This document shows, piece after piece, positions 48,173 through 54,223 of a stretch of 54,223 bases of DNA. Below the pieces are notes generated by a model. The model did not search any database. It saw only the letters and a program-made list of their open reading frames with translations, and was not told the origin of the DNA. The stretch's first letter is position 1; each line of letters begins with the position of its first letter. The position numbers were made by a program, and so were the translations under genes. Source of the stretch: an uncultured Gammaproteobacteria bacterium (GTDB lineage: Bacteria; Patescibacteriota; Patescibacteriia; Patescibacteriales; UBA12465); contig CAZDYJ010000003.1 in the NCBI GenBank assembly GCA_964509735.1, forward strand, positions 1-54,223, in the 5' to 3' direction.

Positions 48173-50896
48173 ATGTCTAATAAAAAAGAAAAATTAATCA
48201 TTATCGATGGAAATGCTTTAATTCATCGTAGTTTTCACGCGATTCCACCGACTTTACGAAATAAAGATGGCCTTTTAGTTAATGCCGTTTATGGGTTTTC
48301 CTCGTTTCTGTTAAAAGCCTTGGCGGAATTTAAGCCAGATTATCTTGTTTTAACTCTTGATAAAAAGGGTCCAACTTTTAGGCATGAGGCTTATGTTGAA
48401 TATAAAGCTACCAGAGTTAAGGCACCGGATGAATTATATGAGCAAATTCCTTTAATAAAAGATTTGGCTCAAGCTTTCGATATGCCGGTTTTTGAATTAA
48501 GCGGTTTTGAGGCTGACGACTTAATTGGTACTATTTGTCAGTTACCAGAAACTTCTGATTTAGAAAAAATAATTATCACTGGTGATTTAGATACTCTACA
48601 ACTAGTTAATGAGAAAACTAAGGTTTATACTATGAGCCGTGGTTTATCAGATAGCATTTTATATGACGAGGAAAAAATAAAAGAGCGTTATGGTTTTGGA
48701 GCGGATAAAATTATTGACTATAAAGCTTTACGAGGTGACCCGAGCGACAATATTCCTGGTGTAAAAGGTATTGGCGAAAAAAGTGCTACTGAGCTTTTAT
48801 TAAATTTTAATAATTTAGAAGGGATATACGAGGCTTTAGAAAAAAATAGCGAAAAAATAAAAGCGAGGACGGCTGAGTTATTAACGACTGATAAAGAAAA
48901 AGCTTTTTTAAGCCGAGAATTAGCGACAATAAATACCAAGGCGCCGATAGAATTTAATTTAGAATCAACTCGTTTTAATACTTTTGATACAAAAAAAGTT
49001 TTTGATCTTTTTAGTGATTTAGAATTTAGATCATTACTTGCAAAGGTAAAAACTTTAAAAGATTCTTTAAATGCTAATTCAAGCTCTTTGGAAATAGAAG
49101 ATGAAAAAATAAAAAATTCAAGCGAAGAAGAAACAAAAAGCATAGTTATTAAAACTCCAGATGAGTTAAAAGAATTAATTAAAAAAATTAATAAAGAAAA
49201 ATGCCTTGGTCTAAAAATTGCTGTAGACAATAATTCTACTAGTAATAAAATTTACGGTCTTTCTCTATGTCTTAAAGAGGGGGAAGCTTTTTTTCTTGAC
49301 TATAAAAAGTTAAAAGACTTAAAAATCGTTTTAGAGGATGAAAAAATAAAAAAAAGCGGACATGATTTAAAAAAAGAATATCTAAGCTTAAAAAAAGAAA
49401 AAATAAATCTGCAAGGTTTAGATTTTGATATTATGATTGCTTCTTATGTTTTAAATCCTGCTAATCGTAACCATGAACTTAATTCCCTGGCCTTTAGAGA
49501 GCTTGGTCTTGATGAAAAAGTGGAAAACAAGGCTGAGCAAAAAAGCACTCAATTAAGTTTTGATTTAAATGGTCCGGATATAGAAAAAATTTCTTTGGCT
49601 ACTAATCGAGAAAACGACTTAAGTTGGCGTTTAAAAAAAGTTTTAACTGAAAGATTAAAACAAGAAGAATTATTTAAAGTTTTTAAAGATATAGAGATGC
49701 CTTTAGTTGAAGTATTAGGGGAAATGGAAAATAAGGGTATTTTATTTGACGCAAAACCAATTAAGTCTTTAGAAAAAAAATTGAGTTTAAAAATATCTAA
49801 ACTAGAAAAAGAAATACATGACTTAGCTGGTGAAGATTTTAACATCAATTCAACCAAGCAGCTTAAAGAAATTTTATTTGATAAATTAGAAATTCCGACT
49901 AAAGGAATAAAAAAAGGAAAAACTGGTTTCTCCACAGCCGATGATGAACTTGAAAAATTAATTGAAGCTCATCCAATTATCGCTAAATTACGCGATTATA
50001 GAGAAACAAATAAATTAATAACCACCTATATAAACCCTTTACCGGAACTAGTTAATAAAAAAACAGGTCGAATTCACAGTCATTTTAACCAAACAATAAC
50101 AGCGACTGGAAGACTATCTTCAAGCGACCCAAATCTTCAAAACATTCCTGCTAGAAGCGAGGAAGGAAAAATAATTCGCGAAGCTTTTATCGCCCAGGAA
50201 GGATTCGAATTGCTCGGACTTGATTATTCTCAAATAGAACTTCGCTTAGCGGCTCATTTATCAGGAGACGAAAAAATGTTAGAAGCTTTTAAAAATAAAG
50301 AGGATATTCATAGAAAAACAGCAGCTTTAATAAACGAGGTTGATTTAAAAGACGTGACTAAAAAAATGCGCCAGGAAGCTAAAGCTACAAACTTTGGCAT
50401 TATTTACGGACAAGGTTCACATGGATTAGCTCAAGCCGCTAATATTCCCTACTACCAGGCTAAAGATTTTATTGTTAAATATTTTGAGTCATATCCGGGT
50501 ATTAAAAAAATGATGGATGAGTCAATTTTAAATGCTTCAAAAAATAATTTTACTATAACTTTTACTGGACGAAAGCGACCTTTGCCGGAAATAAACTCTT
50601 CAATTCCGATGGTTAAGAAAGCAGCTGAGAGAATAGCTATTAATACTCCGGTCCAAGGTGGGGCGGCAGATATTATAAAAATGGCGATGATAAATATTTA
50701 TAATCTCATTAAAAATGATGAGGAAAATATTCGCCTTTTAATTCAGGTTCACGATGAATTGATTTTTGAAGTAAAAAAGACTAAGCTTGATTATTACCTG
50801 CCTAAAATAAAAAAGATTATGTCAGAGGCAATTGAGTTAGAGGTGCCACTTGAAGTTGAAGGCGGAGTAGCTAATAATTGGGGTGATTTAAAATAG
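48173..50896 (+). CDS. polA: DNA polymerase I (5' nuclease + degenerate 3'-5' exo-like + polymerase domains)
   Basis: 5' nuclease DGNALIHRSFHA and GDPSDNIPGVKGIGEKSA. Polymerase motif A LDYSQIELRLAAHLS, motif B RQEAKATNFGIIYG and motif C QVHDEL. Confidence 0.97.
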   Translation: MSNKKEKLIIIDGNALIHRSFHAIPPTLRNKDGLLVNAVYGFSSFLLKALAEFKPDYLVLTLDKKGPTFRHEAYVEYKATRVKAPDELYEQIPLIKDLAQAFDMPVFELSGFEADDLIGTICQLPETSDLEKIIITGDLDTLQLVNEKTKVYTMSRGLSDSILYDEEKIKERYGFGADKIIDYKALRGDPSDNIPGVKGIGEKSATELLLNFNNLEGIYEALEKNSEKIKARTAELLTTDKEKAFLSRELATINTKAPIEFNLESTRFNTFDTKKVFDLFSDLEFRSLLAKVKTLKDSLNANSSSLEIEDEKIKNSSEEETKSIVIKTPDELKELIKKINKEKCLGLKIAVDNNSTSNKIYGLSLCLKEGEAFFLDYKKLKDLKIVLEDEKIKKSGHDLKKEYLSLKKEKINLQGLDFDIMIASYVLNPANRNHELNSLAFRELGLDEKVENKAEQKSTQLSFDLNGPDIEKISLATNRENDLSWRLKKVLTERLKQEELFKVFKDIEMPLVEVLGEMENKGILFDAKPIKSLEKKLSLKISKLEKEIHDLAGEDFNINSTKQLKEILFDKLEIPTKGIKKGKTGFSTADDELEKLIEAHPIIAKLRDYRETNKLITTYINPLPELVNKKTGRIHSHFNQTITATGRLSSSDPNLQNIPARSEEGKIIREAFIAQEGFELLGLDYSQIELRLAAHLSGDEKMLEAFKNKEDIHRKTAALINEVDLKDVTKKMRQEAKATNFGIIYGQGSHGLAQAANIPYYQAKDFIVKYFESYPGIKKMMDESILNASKNNFTITFTGRKRPLPEINSSIPMVKKAAERIAINTPVQGGAADIIKMAMINIYNLIKNDEENIRLLIQVHDELIFEVKKTKLDYYLPKIKKIMSEAIELEVPLEVEGGVANNWGDLK

Positions 50897-50906
50897 TTTT
50901 CTTATT

Positions 50907-52235
50907 ATGAAAAATGAAAAAGAAATAAAAAGCATTGCTATTCTTGGCCTGGGTTTAGAAAATATTTCCCTGTTAAGAATTTTTGATAAACACAAACTGA
51001 CTACTAAAATAACAGTTTGTGATTTTCGCAATAAAAAAAACCTGCCTCCCCTTGATTTAAGAAATATAAAAGTTGATTACCGTCTTGAAGAAAATTTTAA
51101 TAAAAATCTATTTGATTTTGATCTTTTATTTCGCTCACCGGGCTGGCCTTTAAGTTGTCCCGGGATTAAAGAGGCTATTAAATATAAAAGTATAATAAGT
51201 AGTCCGATGAATTTTTTCTTGGAAAATTGCCCTACGAAAAACATTATCGGCGTAACTGGCAGTAAAGGCAAAGGAACAACCGCCACTTTAATATATAAAA
51301 TAATTGAAAATAGTTTAAAAGAAAAAAAATCAAAAGCCAAAGTTTATCTAGGCGGAAATATTGGCATTGCCCCCCTTTCTTTTTTAGAAAAAATTAAAAA
51401 AGATGATTTTGTTGTTTTAGAATTATCTAGCTTTCAATTAGAAGATTTAAAATATTCGCCAAGAATTTCTGTACTAACAAATATATTTAAAGAACATTTA
51501 AGTCCAGCTGACCCTAATAATCCAAACTATCATTCTTCTGAAAAAAAATACTTCCAAGCGAAATTAAACATTGCCGCTTTTAAAGAAAATTTGTATTTAG
51601 TCGCTAATTCGAAATTAAAAACAAAAATAGACAAAATAAAAACTAACAAACCCCAAGGAAAAGTTCTTTATTTTTCAAAAAACGACAACACTTCAAAATT
51701 AGTCGGAGATTTTAACCAAGAAAATATTGCCGCCGCAGAATTAGTAGTCAAACTTTTAAAAATAAAAAGCTCTGTAATAAAAAAAACAATTAATAACTTT
51801 AAAAACTTAGAACATCGCTTAGAACTTGTCTTAGAAAAAGATGGACGACGCTTTTTTGATAATAGTTTTTCAACAACACCTGAAAGCACAATCGCCGACC
51901 TCAAATCATTTTCCTCTAACCTTATTCAAATAGCGGGCGGGGCAGACAAAGGAGCTGATTTTAAAAATTTAGCTAAAACGATTAAGGAAAAAACTAATTT
52001 TTTAATTCTTTTGCCTGGTGCTGGAACAGAGAGACTAAAAAAAGAATTAAATAAAATAAACTTTTCAAAAAATTTAATTTTCGAAGCAAGGGATATGAAA
52101 GAGGCTGTTTTAAAAGCTAAAAAAGAATCAATTTTCGGCAGTGTTATTCTTCTTTCAACCGCTTGTGCTAGTTTTGGTTTATTTAAAAACTATAAAGAAA
52201 GAGGCGACTTGTTCAAAAAATATGTTAAAGAATAA
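50907..52235 (+). CDS. murD: UDP-N-acetylmuramoylalanine--D-glutamate ligase
   Basis: N-terminal Rossmann-like IAILGLGLEN and P-loop IGVTGSKGKGTT; 442 aa. Adjacent to murI. Confidence 0.85.
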   Translation: MKNEKEIKSIAILGLGLENISLLRIFDKHKLTTKITVCDFRNKKNLPPLDLRNIKVDYRLEENFNKNLFDFDLLFRSPGWPLSCPGIKEAIKYKSIISSPMNFFLENCPTKNIIGVTGSKGKGTTATLIYKIIENSLKEKKSKAKVYLGGNIGIAPLSFLEKIKKDDFVVLELSSFQLEDLKYSPRISVLTNIFKEHLSPADPNNPNYHSSEKKYFQAKLNIAAFKENLYLVANSKLKTKIDKIKTNKPQGKVLYFSKNDNTSKLVGDFNQENIAAAELVVKLLKIKSSVIKKTINNFKNLEHRLELVLEKDGRRFFDNSFSTTPESTIADLKSFSSNLIQIAGGADKGADFKNLAKTIKEKTNFLILLPGAGTERLKKELNKINFSKNLIFEARDMKEAVLKAKKESIFGSVILLSTACASFGLFKNYKERGDLFKKYVKE

Positions 52236-53067
52236 AAAGGAAACGGTAAAAAATAAAATAGGTGTGTTTGATTCTGGCTTAGGAGGCTTAAGTGTTTTAA
52301 AAAACTTTTTAAAAGAATTGCCAGATTATAATTATATTTATTTAGGTGATAACGCTAGAGTGCCTTATGGTGAAAAATCGCCAGAAAAAATTTATGAATA
52401 TACTTGTCAGGCGGTAGATTTCCTATTTAAAAAAGGTTGTAATTTAATTATTATTGCTTGCAATACTGCTTCTGCACAGGCTTTACCAAAAATACAGCAA
52501 GAATGGTTGCCAAAAAATTATCCCGATCGAAAAGTTTTAGGAGTCATTCGACCATTAGCTGAAGAGGCAGCTAAAAAAGGCTTTAAAAATATAGGCGTAA
52601 TTGGCACAAAGGCAACTATTAAAGCAAAGGCTTATAGTCAGGAAATAGAAAAAATAAACAAAATAATAAAAGTTAATGAAGCGAGCGCCCCTCTTTTAGT
52701 TCCCTTAATTGAGGATGGTTGGGCAAAAAAACCAGAGACAAAAATGATTTTAAAAAAATATTTACGTCCCTTAAAAGCGGCGAAAATAAATATGCTTATT
52801 TTAGCCTGCACGCATTATCCTTTTTTAATAAAAGACATTAGCCGAATATGTGGCAAAAGAATTTTAGTGCCTAATCCAGGGGAAATTATTGCTTTAAGTT
52901 TAAAAAATTATTTAAAAAATCATCCAGAACTAGAGTTAAGTGAAAATAAAAATCCTAGTCGAGAATTTTATGCTAGCGATAAGCAGGATATTTTCATGTC
53001 TTTAGGAAAAAAGTTTTTAGGTCGAGATATTAGTGATCTTCAGAAAGCCAATTTAGAAAATCTATGA
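52222..53067 (+). CDS. murI: Glutamate racemase
   Basis: GVFDSGLGGLSV, ACNTAS and LACTHYP. The plausible start MLKNKKETV at 52222 overlaps the murD end. The track ORF start at 52141 is an artefactual extension. Confidence 0.92.
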   Translation: MLKNKKETVKNKIGVFDSGLGGLSVLKNFLKELPDYNYIYLGDNARVPYGEKSPEKIYEYTCQAVDFLFKKGCNLIIIACNTASAQALPKIQQEWLPKNYPDRKVLGVIRPLAEEAAKKGFKNIGVIGTKATIKAKAYSQEIEKINKIIKVNEASAPLLVPLIEDGWAKKPETKMILKKYLRPLKAAKINMLILACTHYPFLIKDISRICGKRILVPNPGEIIALSLKNYLKNHPELELSENKNPSREFYASDKQDIFMSLGKKFLGRDISDLQKANLENL

Positions 53068-54032
53068 TTATATTTTTTTATGGTGACGATAATTTTCGCT
53101 CCAAAAAATCTTTAAGAGAATTAAAAGAAAAGTTTGTTAAAGAGGTGGACCCACAGTCTAACAGCTTAATTTTAATTGACGGACAAAAAATTGATTTAAG
53201 TGGTTTTAGTGAAAAAATAAATCATGGCTCTTTATTTAGTCAAAAAAGATTATTAATAATCGAAGATATTTTCAAAAATAAGAAAGCGGGAATTTTTTCA
53301 GAGTTTCTTGGTATTTTAAATAATAAAAAATCTGATAGTGGCGACACGATAGTCTTTTACGAAAACGACTCGGTTTTAAAAAACGGTACTTTAAAAAAAG
53401 ACGCTGCTTTATTTTTTAAATTTTTAAAAGAACAAAAATTTTCTCAAGAATTTAAAACCTTAACCGGCGCATCTCTTTTATCTTTTATAAAAAAAGAATT
53501 ATCTTCTTATAATAAAGAAATAACGCAATCAGCCGCTAAATTATTAACAGATAATTTTAGTGATAATAACTGGCTACTTGGCAATGAACTAAAAAAAATA
53601 GCTTTTAGTACAAACGAAAAAATTATTTCTTTAGATGATGTAAAAAAAATGATTAAAGAAAGTTTTAGCGAAGATATATTTTCTTTAACAGACGCTATTG
53701 GTGAAAAAAATAATCAAAAAGCAGTTGAAATTTTAGAACAACAATACTTAGCCGGATTAAGTGATGAATATCTTTTAAGCATGTTAATTCGTCATTTTAA
53801 AATACTTTTACAAGTTAAAGAAGAATTTTTAAAAGACGGAAGTAGTGCTAGTATAGCAAATAGTTTAAAGCTTCATCCCTTTGTTGTAAAAAAATCCTTA
53901 GCTCAGGGCAATAAATTCTCCCACACAGACATAATAAAAATATTTAATCATCTTATTAATTTAGATTTTAAAAATAAAACTGGAAAAAGTCGTTTATCCG
54001 AAGAATTATTTGTTTTTATCGCCACCTTATAA
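53064..54032 (+). CDS. holA: DNA polymerase III delta subunit
   Basis: 322 aa. HolA-like N-terminus (IIFFYGDDNF...) and overall helical C-terminal layout. Family-level resemblance only. ATGA overlap with murI. Confidence 0.7.
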   Translation: MIIFFYGDDNFRSKKSLRELKEKFVKEVDPQSNSLILIDGQKIDLSGFSEKINHGSLFSQKRLLIIEDIFKNKKAGIFSEFLGILNNKKSDSGDTIVFYENDSVLKNGTLKKDAALFFKFLKEQKFSQEFKTLTGASLLSFIKKELSSYNKEITQSAAKLLTDNFSDNNWLLGNELKKIAFSTNEKIISLDDVKKMIKESFSEDIFSLTDAIGEKNNQKAVEILEQQYLAGLSDEYLLSMLIRHFKILLQVKEEFLKDGSSASIANSLKLHPFVVKKSLAQGNKFSHTDIIKIFNHLINLDFKNKTGKSRLSEELFVFIATL

Positions 54033-54091
54033 TTAATTTTTTCTTAATTATTTTTCATTTTTTTTAAAAAATTAACAGCCTGATTTAGTAC

Positions 54092-54120
54092 TTGCTTTTT
54101 TATTTATTGTCTGTTATAGT
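54092..54120 (+). promoter_or_regulatory. Candidate promoter upstream of tRNA-Ile
   Basis: TTGCTT, 17 nt spacer, then TATAGT, 43 nt upstream of the tRNA 5' end. Weak evidence in an AT-rich context. Confidence 0.25.
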
Positions 54121-54163
54121 TTTTCCAGGATTTTTTGCGCCGAATCTTTTTTTTGATAAAGGC

Positions 54164-54223
54164 GGGCAATTAGCTCAGTTGGTTAGAGCGCAACACTGAT
54201 AATGTTGAGGTCGGAGGTTCGAA
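54164..54223 (+). tRNA. tRNA-Ile (anticodon GAU), truncated by the right edge of the window
   Basis: GGGCAAT acceptor, D-arm GCTCAGTTGGTTAGAGC, anticodon stem-loop CAACA-CTGATAA-TGTTG, and T-arm start GGAGGTTCGAA. Confidence 0.9.

Noticed and set aside
52141-52221. An upstream extension of the murI ORF overlapping the last 95 nt of murD.
   Set aside because: Its translation (MLFFFQPLVLVLVYLKTIKKEATCSKN) is out-of-frame murD sequence. Glutamate racemases start just before the DSGxGG motif, which the ATG at 52222 provides.

Overview
AT-rich, tightly packed bacterial chromosome segment that reads in the standard code; TGA is a stop, for example in the murI/holA ATGA overlap at 53064-53067. Gene content and protein style suggest a Patescibacteria/CPR (Parcubacteria-like) organism. 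This is an inference from TrbC/VirB2-like 'T4SS pilin' cores, thrombospondin-type-3 repeat proteins, a giant Cys-rich exported protein and many short-gap or overlapping genes. Most of the window is housekeeping: rsmA, leuS, xth, rnhA, recJ, lepA, murJ, rpoC, rpoB, a MurE-like ligase, ftsK, a glgA/GH57/kinase glucan cluster, ruvC, yebC, a LysM-M23 peptidase, tRNA-Ala, a dGTPase-like HD protein, polA, murD, murI, holA and a partial tRNA-Ile. Three parts are not ordinary. (1) An uninterrupted minus-strand ORF of at least 1960 aa fills bases 1-5882 and is absent from the supplied ORF track. It encodes an exported, Cys-rich modular protein and follows a Ca-binding-repeat membrane protein. (2) A single + strand operon (10781-16819) interleaves the four subunits of a 2-oxoacid:ferredoxin oxidoreductase (porG-D-A / porB) with two paralogous exported pilin-like membrane proteins. 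One carries a 14-Cys C-terminal domain and the other a VanY/M15 peptidoglycan peptidase domain. The operon starts with a membrane-anchored DsbA-like protein whose active site reads CxxS. (3) An orphan cluster of acidic coiled-coil and membrane proteins lies between tRNA-Ala/dgt and polA (45879-48080). I saw no CRISPR array, transposase, integrase or rRNA. All calls rest on hand translation and motif recognition; no searches were run.
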